A DNA stretch of 64,000 bases from Selaginella moellendorffii (taxonomy: Eukaryota > Plantae > Lycopodiophyta): NCBI RefSeq assembly GCF_000143415.4, contig NW_003314345.1, positions 576,574-640,573 of the forward strand, in the 5' to 3' direction. A program made the translations under genes and the position numbers. Of the stretch, positions 34,601 through 46,398 are shown piece after piece (position 1 is the first letter of the stretch; the number at the start of each line of letters is the position of its first letter). The notes beneath the pieces were generated by a model. The model saw only the letters and a program-made list of their open reading frames with translations. It was not told the origin of the DNA and made no database searches.

Positions 34601-37600
34601 GCTCTAAGCATGCTTTGAAGAGGCTGGCTATATATGATCATACTTAGTCAAAACTAAAGTGAAGACCATAAGATGGACATTGGTACATAACCTCCTCATA
34701 AACAAAGCTATAGTATAGATACTAACATTTTAACTTCAAACAACTAAGTTGGACATCACCATCCTCAGCCAAAGCACAGGGCCACCAAGGTTAAATCAAA
34801 ATCAATAAGACCTCATTATTCTCATAGAGTCTTAACAAAATGTAAAGTGCAACTTGCCACTAAGCACAATGCTATAGAAGAAAGGTACAAGGGTCACCTT
34901 TATAAAAAAATGTAATAACCACTTTACTATACCAACTCCAGACTTTATCCAATTTAATTGCCTTAGCCCCAAAAGTCAACATCTCTTTTGGGTTGCATCA
35001 TACAAACTATCTACTAAGGTTTAAGCCAACTGAAGTCAACTTTAACCCCTTCATTAGTTTGTATTGGCTTACAAAAAACAGAATGATTTTCGAGCAAAGT
35101 GATCAATATATCAACTATTAAAAAATCTTAAGAAAATTTGTGGAAATTTTTCCATTCTAGAGAAAGAATGACTCTCAGTCTAGGAATGCAAACTTTCAAA
35201 ACTCAACCAACTTCCTCCTACTAACAACTTCACATAAGTTCATCTCAACACAAATTCTTATGACCCAATAACATGCTTAAATATCGAACATCATGCTCAT
35301 AATTCCGACATCCAACACTGATATCCACAAAATACAAAATGAATATCCAAGGCTTGATCACAAAGGCCATTTCTTTGGATATCCACATTACACTGACACT
35401 TTTCTTTAATCACCTTCAAGATCCAATGTGAAACCAAAACATTAACAAGAAAAACGATATAGAAAATCAAGTTCTAAGGAAAATTCTTCATCACTCAACA
35501 TAACAATGCTACTTTCATTAACACAAGTGTTAGTGATGTTAATGCCTCAATTATATATCTTCTCCATCCAACAATCTACTCCAAGTGCTAACAGATCAAT
35601 CGATAAACCATAGCAAGTAAATGCTATAACCCTTTTCAACACATTATAGGCAAACCCTCAAAGAAATAACGTATTAACTTAGCATATTATGGATCACTAT
35701 TGAGAACTTAGTCAAAGCTACTACAATACTATTACATGTAAGTATGTTAGCTTCACTATCAACCACTTTGGGTTTGATCATTGTTTAACCAAGAAACTTC
35801 GTAAATACATTGCCCATTATCATATGGATATGATATAAGTATCATAATGACTTGATCATCAATTAAGCAACACCACGAGCAACACCTATGTCACTATTAT
35901 AAAAGTTTATGTGAATATCAAGTGCCAACTTGATTCGATAAAATGCAACATATATGCCACACCCCACCAATAGAGATTTATAACACTTAACACTACTAAC
36001 TTTTGTTCACAACAAGGACAAACTTATGCCACTTTCTTTATGACCAAACTCAAAACTAATTTAACACCAAGCTACTCAAGAAGCAATAGCAAAGTTCCCT
36101 GAAAAAGAATTGAGCATTGTAACCCAAATCTTCAATAGCAAGTCTAGATAAAATGGTTTAACACTTCACCGCTATCCATCCCACAACTCACTATTTGTAA
36201 GATTATAATTTCCAACATGTGTCAAGGTAGGGACTCTTGATTGCATAACATAAGTATGAGCAATGAGTTAATACTTCATTACAAATCATCTCCCCAAGAA
36301 GAGAAAATGATTTACGTGTTTGATCCCTTATCCTTGATGGTTTCATCTTTGACTAAACCTCAAACTTGCATTCTCACTGCGTTCAGTCCAACCCAAGAAA
36401 AGTTTATAATAGAGCATGGCAATGACTATTTGAACAATAGACTAATTTCTACAGTCTTGGTTGATCCACTTGTAATCATGCCTAAGAAGGATCCACTGTG
36501 CCATGTTAAATAACTACATACTAGCCTATTTGCCACTCATAACAAACCGAGGGAAGGTTTATTTTCACCCATAGTACATGGAACAACTCATGGAACCACT
36601 GCTAGGCTAATATTAATCCTGCCAACTCAGAGTGTAACCTTGAGTTGCTAATATGCCTCACTCATAGATCCAAGCGCAAACTCGTGCAAACGGAATAACT
36701 CAATCCTTCTTATGAGCCCAAGAGCAAGTTTACATAACATGGAACAAAAAGGTAACCAAATCCGTACCCAAGGAACGATTGTGAAGTCATAACACCAAAA
36801 CATGTGCCCACTTGGATCATCATTTTCATCTCTGCATATGCAACAAGACTAGTTGCCCTAGATTAGAGGATAGTACTCGCTGAGACTCATCCTCTTATAT
36901 CAAATATAGCACACGTGGTTTTTACCCTTTATCTTGTGGTGATTTATCATAGGATAACCACGAAGTGGAATCTAAACCCTCTATGTGCCATGTGTTATAT
37001 GCTACGTGCCACATGCCACAAGTCTAAAGGACAATGGTGCGGAACCTAAGCTTCAGGGCCTTGGGCCATTGAATGAAGGAACGATGCCAAATTTCTAAAC
37101 ACGGGGCCAAGGAGCAATAGTACTAGAGCACGGAACGACTCCTAAGCATGCAACCCAAGGAGTAAAGGGACAAGACCATAGAGCAACTTGGAACAATCCT
37201 AGAGCATCTAGCATCCCAATACCAAGACCAGCATGCAAAGCAGAGCCAAATGAAGTCTGGCGCTATTTTAACATATCGGTGGCCTAATGTGAGGATATGG
37301 GTACTCCACCAACTAACATAGTATGGAACTTGGACTTAGACCCAAGTTGAATGCAGAACAAAGACAGGTACGTAAGTGGGAGCTAGACTATGCCTCAAAG
37401 TTGGCCGGCCATGCCCGACCTACCCACTATCTATACTATACATTTGGAACCCCCTATAATAGAGCATGGCAATGATTACTTAAATAATAGATTAATTTCT
37501 ATAGTCTTAGTTGATCCACTTGTAATCATGCCTAAGAAGGATCCACTATGCCACTATTTACCACTCATAGCAAACTGAGGGAAGGTTTATTTTCACCCAC

Positions 37601-39391
37601 GGTATATGGAATAACTCATGGAACCACTGCTAGGTTAACATTAATCCTGCCAACTCAAAATGTAGCCTTGAGTTGCTAATGTGCCTCACTCAAAAGCCCA
37701 AACACAAACTCATGCAAATGGAACAATTAAATCCTTCTTATGAGCCCAAGAGCAAGCTTACATAATATGGAACAAAAATGTATCCAAATCCATACCTAAG
37801 GAATGATTGCGAAGTCATAACACCCAAACGTGCGCCCACTCGGATCATCATTTTCATCTTTGCATATGCAACAAGACTAGTTGCCCAATCTTATTGGATA
37901 ATACTCACTAAGACTCATCCTTTGATATCAAATGTAGCGCACCCCTTTATCCTATGATGATTTATCATAAGATAACCACGAAGCGGAATCTAAACCCTCC
38001 ATATGCCACGTGTTATATGCTACATGCCATATGCCACATGTCCAAAGGACAATGGTGTAGAACCTGAGTTTTAGAGCTTTGGGCCACTAAATAAAAGAAC
38101 AATGCCAAACTTCTAAGCACGGAGCCAAAGAGTAATGGCATTGGAGCATAGAACAACTCCCGAGCATGCAATCCAAGGAGTAAAAAGACAAGACCATAGA
38201 GCAACTTGGAACAATCCTAGAGCATCTAACATCCCAATACCAAAACCAACACACAAAATAGAGCCAAATGAAGTTTGGTGCTATTTTAGCATATCAGTGG
38301 CCTAACACGAGGATATGGGTATTCCACCAACTAACATGGTACAGAACTTGGATTTAGACCCAAGCTGAACACAGAACAAAGACAGGTACGTAAGTGGGAG
38401 CTAGACTATGCCTCAAGTTGGTTAGCCATATTTGACCTACCCACTATCCATACTATATATTTGGAACCCCTATAATCCCCCCCCCCCCCCCCCCCCCCCT
38501 AAGGAACACAGGCTTTGGGCTTTCACCCCAAACCTCCTTTAGTATCAGGAGCTAGTCTCTGGGACAAGCTTGAAACTTACTAACTATGGAATATCTTTAG
38601 ATTGCGAATTTAGACACAAGACGAACACCATTGTGTTCAAAACAATCTCTACATTCTGTAAATATGCCAAATGAGTAAATCTAGACACTTTCCATAAATA
38701 GCATTTGGGACCAGAATGAGACTAACACAAAGGGCATGATAGCAAGGGTATTTGGCAGACACAGTAAATTATTATTTAGCGAATATTGAAAGACCAAGCT
38801 CAATACCGTGAGGGTTCCCAACATTAGTAAATGCAAATTAACAAGTGAGTTTCTCTAACCAAGTCAAGACTAGTTTCTCAACTAGCTTAGGCGGAGACTG
38901 ATAACAGGTTCAGCAATACCGACCTTTTGCCGTCGTGGTAGTAAGGAAAGAATATCCAAAAGGACTAGTTAATAGGTAACTTTCGATACCTGAAGTCACA
39001 TTCACAACATTTATTAAGAAAAATATTAAAAGAAAAACACACTGAATACAGATACTCCAAAATGTAGCCTAGATGATTCTAATGTTACAAATATACCAAA
39101 ACTCATTATATTTGTCCTGGAAACTTTGGTAACTTGAGCTCATTTGAGTCTTTCCTTACAAATATCACGAAGACCCATTCATCTTCATCTTCCATCCAAA
39201 CAATTTGATGCATCTCCCCATCATGTTTATTCTTGACAATTGCACAAAACATAATCATTTAGGCATAGCTTCTGCCCATTTAGTCACTTAATTAGTGGGA
39301 CACAAAATAATCAATAACCACTATTCTTATTAGGGTAGAGTTTTATTAACTAAATAACATTGTTTTGTATTTTTATAGTGATATATATTGA

Positions 39392-40168
39392 ACCATCCTA
39401 TTTCAGTCTCTCTCCACCTAGCTGGCAATGATGTGGCATGATTACATGGCACTTCTCTCTTTCCACTCCCATCCGCATTTGTCAGTCTTATGACTATGGT
39501 TTGTCTTGGCTTTTGACCAGCACTTTCTTTGACGTCCTAAGCTGAGCAAGGATCATCACCCATCCACCTGCGAAGTTTCAGTGGAACCCCAAGAGCGTGC
39601 TTAAAAGCTTGCAAGGCATCCATTAGAAAAATAAAACTAAGGATGATCCAAAAAGAGAAGACTATGTAGCAATAGTTATGAGCTCCAGGCTGTGCAAAGA
39701 TGAAGAGCATGCCCATATTCCATGATGCCAGAGCTAACAGTACCACTGAGCTTCACAAACTTATAGAAACCTCCATATGATCATTATTGCTGCCTCTTGA
39801 GAGAAAAAAGAAGAGCACTTCCAATTTAGCTGCTGCTCTTGCAGCTTGGGTCAACCAGCATTTCCATTCTAGAGAAGAACCTAAAACCCCCTAGAGAAGA
39901 GGGTATCCCAAAATCCACCAATCTTGATGAGCAAAGCAAAGAGATACTTACACACTGATTGGCATTGGATGCAAAGGAAAAGAACCATCTTTTTTCCCTT
40001 CTCTATCCTCTGAAAGAGACTTTGGTCCAACTTAAAGTGATTGGAAGTAATGTTGTGTGGCAGCACTAGAGAGAGAGAGAGAGTCGGAAGGGAGTGGAAA
40101 GAGAGAAGTGCCATGTAATCATGCCACATCATTGCCAGCTAGGTGGAGAGAGACTGAAATAGGATGGT
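39392..40168. repeat. ~80-bp perfect inverted repeats (39392-39469 and 40090-40168) enclosing fragments of a malectin/LRR receptor-like gene
   Basis: accatcctatttcagtctctctccacctagctggcaatgatgtggcatgattacatggcacttctctctttccactccc and its exact reverse complement. Inside, on the minus strand: signal-peptide-like VVLLALASWNMGMLFIFAQP and ALQAFKHALGVPL...W.GDDPC. Confidence 0.8.
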
Positions 40169-41060
40169 GTTAAACAGGAGGCTATGGTAAAGTTTAGTAA
40201 TTTATAGTGTTTTCTGTTAATAAGTTTTAGTTAAGTGGATATACCTATAATATGCTTGCATATTTTGGGATATTCTGTTAATATTCATTTAGATAATCCT
40301 GTATATTTATAATTTAAAAACACTTCCTAGTATATTCTAGTTTATTCTACTATCTTGTTTATAAATTGAAAACACTTTATCATTATTAACTTCTATTTGT
40401 CAATTGATTTAATAAATAATTAATACACAACTATTAAGAAAACCAAGCATTGCTGCATGTGAGATGCAGCAAATGATGTTTTAAAAGAAAAATATTCAGC
40501 TTATTAGCATCCTTGAACATTGTAAATAAAAATATGAGGATTTATATTTCTGATTTGGGATACCTCAGATTTCTTGCACAACAAGGTTTCTGATTCACAG
40601 TAGTACTGGGTTTCAGTGGCAGCTGCCTAGCTCAAAATCTCTCGTCTAGATCGGGTAAGGTTTTCTGATTATATTCTGTTTTGACCATATTTTTTTACAT
40701 TCTTCTAGATTAAAAAATAAAAGAAATGATGTTCTCATCGGCAGTATATATTCTCATGTTCTCTCCAGACACGTGGATGTGTTCTAGGCAGTAAAATTCT
40801 CGCAAATAGAAAAAGATCTTGATCCAGCGACCTGCAGCCAGCATTCTGGATGTCCATTTTCATTTTAAAATGCGGTAAGATCTGGCTTTGCTGTTTTAGG
40901 TTGCGATGGATATGGGAAAAATAAAGTTGCAAATTGTGTATGAGCGTTGGCTGTGCTGGATCACTGCCACAAAAGTTTATGAAAACATTTTTAAAAAAAT
41001 TCTAAACATGTAATTTGAATGTAAAGCTTTAACACATGAGGTATACCCTAAAAAGGGACA

Positions 41061-43274
41061 ATGGGGAGGCGAACGAGGCAGATCTTCGAGGCTGCACAGG
41101 GTTTCACCTTGCCAGTTGCGGAAGACTTCCGGAGCCCACGCGGTGTTTCTAGGTGGGTGAATCGATTTGTATTCGGCGAACATGCCACCACCGCGGCCAT
41201 GCTGGTGTGGCCCGAGCGACATCGGCTGGCAGAATGTAGTGATAAGGAGGAGTTCATGGCTGTTGTGGAATCCATTGAGGAGAGCGACCAAAGTCACGAT
41301 GACACGACTGACATGAGAGGCGCAGTAGCAGTTGAAAAGGTGGCTGGCCAGGACGCAGCACGAGAAGCCTTCTTCGAGTATCCTCTTGAGGACGAGGACG
41401 TACTGGAAGAGCTTTGGTCTAAAATCAAGAGGGATTATTGGACCTGGGCGCTTGGCAACGCTTACGTGGCACCGTTGTTTGCTATTGTGCAGAGTAGCGG
41501 CTGGGGTAAGTCAAGGCTGACTTTTGAGCTCCACCGGAAGGGCTTGTACATCATCTACATTTCGTGCATGAAGGCCAGCCACTCTGGATTTCCCGGCCAG
41601 ACTCCACACTTGGCTGCATGGATTACTCAAGGCAAGCAGCTAACAGTACTGCGGGTGGCTGCGCTTTTGCTCGCCAGCATTGAGGCCCTCGCGGATTATG
41701 TCAAAGGAGGTGGCAATCCTCATGGCTGGATCCTCGACCAGACGGATCCCACCCGTGGCTTTCCTGTAGCGAACGACATAGCAAGTCGACTCCAAGCCTG
41801 TACAAGGCGTCTTGAAGCATCTGCAGCTGCAAAGGCTGCTGCTTTGCCCAGGACGTTTGAAAGACGCACGAGTAGAGAGTCTCACACATACAATGCTGTT
41901 GGGGAAGCATTAAAGACTGCTCTCCGAGACTTGCCTTTGGATGGTATTGGGCAACGACCGGATCAACGCCTCAAGGTCCTGTTTTGTTTTGACGAGGCTA
42001 GCGAGCTGGCGGAGCTGGAACTGGAGGGTGGCATGGATACGGCATTTACACTGCTGAGGCGGGTCCTTGGTAAAGCAGAGTTTGGTCTGTGGGCTCTAGT
42101 GCTTGGTACCAATTCGCGACTATTGGACTTCGTGCCATCCAAGGCGATGGATCCCACCAGAAAGGTGCGGGCTCGAGACTATAAACTGTTTAAGCCGTTT
42201 TGGCTAACGGCCACTGCTGCTGTGCCTGGGGATCTCTCTTCCGGATCCCCAGAAAGCGTCTTCCGCCTAGGAAGACCCCTGTGGCGAGCTTTTATGGACA
42301 AAGGGTACACTTTCAAGGGCTTACGTTTACTTGCAGTGGACAAGCTCAACTGTTCTGGCGAAGTAACAGATGCAACGGTGATTGCTGTTCTCGGCTGCAC
42401 CATCGGCCTGGATGTTGCGTCATGGTCCGAAGCAGCGGAGACGAGTGTGGCTTCTCACATGATGACAGCTTGCTGGATTTCTGACGACCGGCGACGGCTT
42501 CATGTCTCGAATGCCGCAGAACCTGTTCTTGCGGCGGCCGCAGCAGGGTTTTTGCTTCAAGAGGTGACACTAAACAAAGTCCTCGGCGAGCTCTCCAAGA
42601 TGTGCAAGGAAGGAGTGGTAACAGGGGGCCCCCGCGGGAAAATTGTGACCAGGTTACTGCTGCTACTGGCGATGCTAGCGTGTCACAGGGACGCGGGCGA
42701 TGCAACGTTCACGGGAGAGATAAAGCTGGGAGCATTCCTGTCAAAACTGCTGGGAAAAGTTCCTCACGGTCTAGCCTGCACAGTGGACCTTGATGCGGGG
42801 CTCAACTTCAACGGCTTCTCGCCAACTTATAGGAACTTGGAGCGCGGCTTGATCAACGAGTGCTTGCAGCACATTCGAGTGCTGACGTGCAAGCGTGGAC
42901 AGGAAGCCGTGGACAACGTTGTCCCAAGCACTGGCGGTCCAATTGGGATTCAGGCGAAGCGCTGGGAAAGCAACAACTCCACAAAGATGAGGAGAGCGGT
43001 TGGAAAGCTCGAGGCTGGTGTTGGTGGAGTGAACTTTATGCTCGGTATCATTTTACAGCTCGGTTCCCCTGAGCATCGTATCGTTGTTGAAGGTGCTGCC
43101 AACCGGACCATAGTCGTGTACGGGCTATCTTCCGAGTTGTTTCCGTTTCTCACCCAAGCCACTGCCGACAAACTGCTAGATGTGTTGAAAGTCGGGAGTG
43201 CTGAATACTTGCTCCACATGACCGATGGGGAGCAGCGCATTGTGAGACGCATGCTTCCGCTGACTTATCTGTAG
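41061..43274 (+). CDS. Crinkler/RHS (CR)-type P-loop NTPase + restriction-endonuclease-fold protein, 737 aa, intronless
   Basis: Walker A IVQSSGWGKSRL, Walker B LFCFDEA, LGTNS, GRPLW, VASHM and EPVLA. C-terminal C..GQEAVD.VVP....IGIQAK (PD-(D/E/Q)xK-like). Confidence 0.8.
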   Translation: MGRRTRQIFEAAQGFTLPVAEDFRSPRGVSRWVNRFVFGEHATTAAMLVWPERHRLAECSDKEEFMAVVESIEESDQSHDDTTDMRGAVAVEKVAGQDAAREAFFEYPLEDEDVLEELWSKIKRDYWTWALGNAYVAPLFAIVQSSGWGKSRLTFELHRKGLYIIYISCMKASHSGFPGQTPHLAAWITQGKQLTVLRVAALLLASIEALADYVKGGGNPHGWILDQTDPTRGFPVANDIASRLQACTRRLEASAAAKAAALPRTFERRTSRESHTYNAVGEALKTALRDLPLDGIGQRPDQRLKVLFCFDEASELAELELEGGMDTAFTLLRRVLGKAEFGLWALVLGTNSRLLDFVPSKAMDPTRKVRARDYKLFKPFWLTATAAVPGDLSSGSPESVFRLGRPLWRAFMDKGYTFKGLRLLAVDKLNCSGEVTDATVIAVLGCTIGLDVASWSEAAETSVASHMMTACWISDDRRRLHVSNAAEPVLAAAAAGFLLQEVTLNKVLGELSKMCKEGVVTGGPRGKIVTRLLLLLAMLACHRDAGDATFTGEIKLGAFLSKLLGKVPHGLACTVDLDAGLNFNGFSPTYRNLERGLINECLQHIRVLTCKRGQEAVDNVVPSTGGPIGIQAKRWESNNSTKMRRAVGKLEAGVGGVNFMLGIILQLGSPEHRIVVEGAANRTIVVYGLSSELFPFLTQATADKLLDVLKVGSAEYLLHMTDGEQRIVRRMLPLTYL

Positions 43275-43479
43275 TTTTGTTGGCGGAGACAGATTACTCA
43301 TGGAACGCTTTCGTCGATGACAAGTGCAATATATGAGATGAAATTGTTGGATAGCGTCTTTGTGTCCTCCACACCAAGGGATTGATTGATTTGTTCCTTC
43401 ATTGGGACCAACGGTACGGCACGTACCAATGATCACGTGATTGTCCGGATCGAACTTCCGATCTGGTTTATAGTACGGG

Positions 43480-44180
43480 CCGCGTGACGGCGAACTTGCC
43501 CTCGAGTTCATGGAGAATGCCGAGCCGAGCAACAATGTGAGTCAAGTCCGCATTCTTGGTCTGGGACAGAGATTACCCGAAGTTCGGGGCACCGGTCTCC
43601 GCCGTCTCGTGCATGGAAGGTGGATTCCCTTGGCCAATTGGATCATTGGGGAGGAAACTGCAAATGGCTGCTCGCCAGCATTGATGCTCTCGGAGATTAT
43701 CTCAAGCCCTAGCTAGATCCTTGCAACAGCACGGAATGTATGGAGACAAGATTTGAGTCGATTGGCTATCCGGCATGCTACGGTAGGAAGCCTTAGGGAC
43801 TGCTATCCAGCACTTGCCTTTGGATGGTGTTGCTGGTGATCGCCTCAAGGTGTTGTTTTGCTTTGACAAGCTGGCAGAGTTGAAACCGCATGGTGGCCTT
43901 CAGGATTTACGCTGCTGAGGCGAGTTCTTGGAAGAGCAACTTCTGGTGTGTGGGCTCTGGTGCTTTGCACCACCCCTGGTGCAAACAGGGACTTGGCCTT
44001 CTTTTTCCGCCTTGGAAGACCATTGTGGCGAGCTTTGGGAGCAGCATGAGAAGCTTACGCTGCCTTGCATTTGAACTGTTATGGCGGTCTAAACAGAAGC
44101 AAACATGATTGTCACCCTGGACGTAGCATCATGGTCCTGAGAAGCAGAGAATTAGAGTATGAAGCACATGATGACAACAT
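43480..44180 (+). pseudogene. Decayed, internally deleted paralogue of the CR NTPase gene
   Basis: Blocks VSCMEGGFP, LANWIIG, LPLDGVAGDRLKVLFCFD, GVWAL and RLGRPLW are collinear with 41061-43274. Confidence 0.75.
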
Positions 44181-44729
44181 CATTTGTAGTCGCAGTCAGA
44201 GTCCAGGCTGCGTCAGCTCCAGGGTAGCCATGACCTATTGCACTCTTAATGAGCATCTCAACTTCTCTACCATGGTATCAGACTTTTAGCCCCCAGTGAT
44301 CTTCATACTTTGATCAACTATAAGTGATTCCTATGGAGATATGGTGAGCCACGCTGCCTCTTCTATCTTGGAGCAGCATCTCATCCGTCTCTACAACAGA
44401 GATTTCTCTCATAACTATTGTGTCAGGAACTAAACTAGAACTAGCTGCTGGATCTGCAGAACTCCCTGACTGGCAAATCAGAAACAAGTATTTATCCACG
44501 ATTGGAATTGGCCTGGGTGAGCAGTACATTTATCTCTCAGACGACTCAAATGATGGAACGGGGCAATCATTAAAGACATCTATTATTTTGAAAAGCCATT
44601 CAAAATATGCTTCAACATAGTCAAATTTACCCCATTTGCCCAAATCCATATGGCCTGTCTAGTGAATTCTTCCAAGAAATATATAGTGGGGCAGGCTAGG
44701 TAAATCCAAGGTTACCCCAACTCACTTTC

Positions 44730-46240
44730 TAAACTAACTAGTTAAGTGCTTGTTGTGCTGGGAATCCCACAAAAGAGGATGATACTTGGGGTTACCATTT
44801 TTCCACTAGTCAACTGCAAGCCACCCTAGAATTGGCAGAATAGGGGTTCTAAGGCGCCAAATAAGGTGCAATTGCCTCCTATGAATTCTAGTATTGGAGC
44901 TGACCTACCTTGACAATGATCCAATGCCGACACTAGTGATGCCGACACTAGTGAAGAGACTGCTGATGTCCACCATGATCTCCACCACAATTGATTAAAT
45001 CATCCAATTACCTAAGTGTAAATACTCCACTCCAAAACATTGGGGATTGCAATACCTCTCGGGCTTCTTCCAAGTAGCCACTAGTGTTGGTGTGTTGGCT
45101 CCACTCCAAAATCCATTGCTATGGCCATGTGTGCAATGATGTTAAAGGTAGAGATGATGTGGATGCTCATATGGCAGTAGTTTCCATGTATATTTTCCAT
45201 CCATATGCAGTTGAATATAGAGAGTTCTTCCTCTTAATGTATGCATTTCTCCATTGCTTTCATGGTATCAGAGCAATTGGCTCCTTGATCTTACTTGCTA
45301 GCAAGGAGGCCAGTGATGAGGAAGAGGATGAGCTTTTTGATTGCAATCCCTTTTTGCAATACTTGAAGTTTTTGTTAGATGCACTAGATGCTTTAGAGCT
45401 GTTGAACAACAAGTTATATCAAGAAGTGGGTCAAAATTCAAGAATATTGTATAACAATATTTTATAGGAATTTCTAGCAATTGGGAAAGATGTTTATGGC
45501 AATTAAAATGAGTGGTAGTGGCAAAAAAACCATAACCATGTGCTAGTGGCAAGATTGAAGCCTTAACAAGGAGCAAGAGTGTGCGCAAACAAGGCCAAGA
45601 CCAAGAACTAAGTTTTGGGTATTTAATTGATGAATTTTTCATATGTTTTTCTCATCAGCTCTTCATGCTCAACTTCTTAGACACAATTCAAGCTTAAATT
45701 CAAGCTTGAGTGTTAGAGGTAGAAATGATGTGTGCCCAAGTGGCAATAGTTTCCATGTATATATACCATCTATATATAGTTGAATACAAAGAGTTCATGT
45801 GCGCATTTCTCCACTACTTTTACAATGGATCCCTTGCCTAGCTACAAATGACCAACACCAACACAAAGGATCAGGGCTTTAGGGAATCTATTTGGCATCT
45901 ACATGCATTTTGGAGGAGGAATATCAGATGCCATGGAACTTGGAAGTGACAAATGATGGTCAGGTGCTCATTTTACATCATACTTCTTTCTTAAGAGAAA
46001 GAGTGTTATTTGATGAGCTGAACTTTTAAAAATTTTGTGCAAGAGGAAGTTCTTAATGTTGGGGCACTATAACCTTCCCAATTATTTCTTTTAGTGAATT
46101 CATATTTGTCCCACTTAATATTCATTTCTCCATTATCATGGTCTTTATTGATTGTTATTGGCATTGTCTGAGTTGACTTTTCATTGCATTTAATACAGTT
46201 GGTGCCATGAGGTAGTTCTTGTAAATCCATCATTGAATCT
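44730..46240 (+). repeat. Dispersed repeat module (other copies, inverted, at ~50718-51790 and ~60680-61695)
   Basis: Shared blocks such as ccactagtcaactgcaagccaccctagaattggc, caaggccaagaccaagaactaagttttgggtattt and gagtgttatttgatgagctgaac. Confidence 0.8.
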
Positions 46241-46398
46241 TTGGCTCACATATGACAGCTCCTCCTCCTCCACCATGACCACATTATGTTAATTCACATC
46301 TAACATTTCACAATTTCAAAGATTTGTGAACTAAATCGTCACATAGTGTTACAAACGTTTAATATTATTGGTAAATGAGTAAATGTGGTAACAGCATT

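Larger units (their letters stand above)
30364..39009 (-). mobile_element. Non-autonomous LTR retroelement copy B (same family as A): 3' LTR 30364-31947, internal 31948-36904, partial LTR 36905-37455, duplicated leader 37456-37932, 5' LTR 37933-39009
   Basis: TG...CA LTR ends, PPT-like tract next to 31947 and decayed PBS (tgatatca) next to 37933. Candidate 5-bp TSD ttcat/tttat (one C>T). Internal region is collinear with 22744-27801. Confidence 0.8.
40850..45780 (+). repeat. Left arm of a large inverted duplication (right arm ~50718-55730)
   Basis: Continuous reverse-complement similarity across the upstream region, CDS, decayed paralogue and downstream repeat module. Confidence 0.9.
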
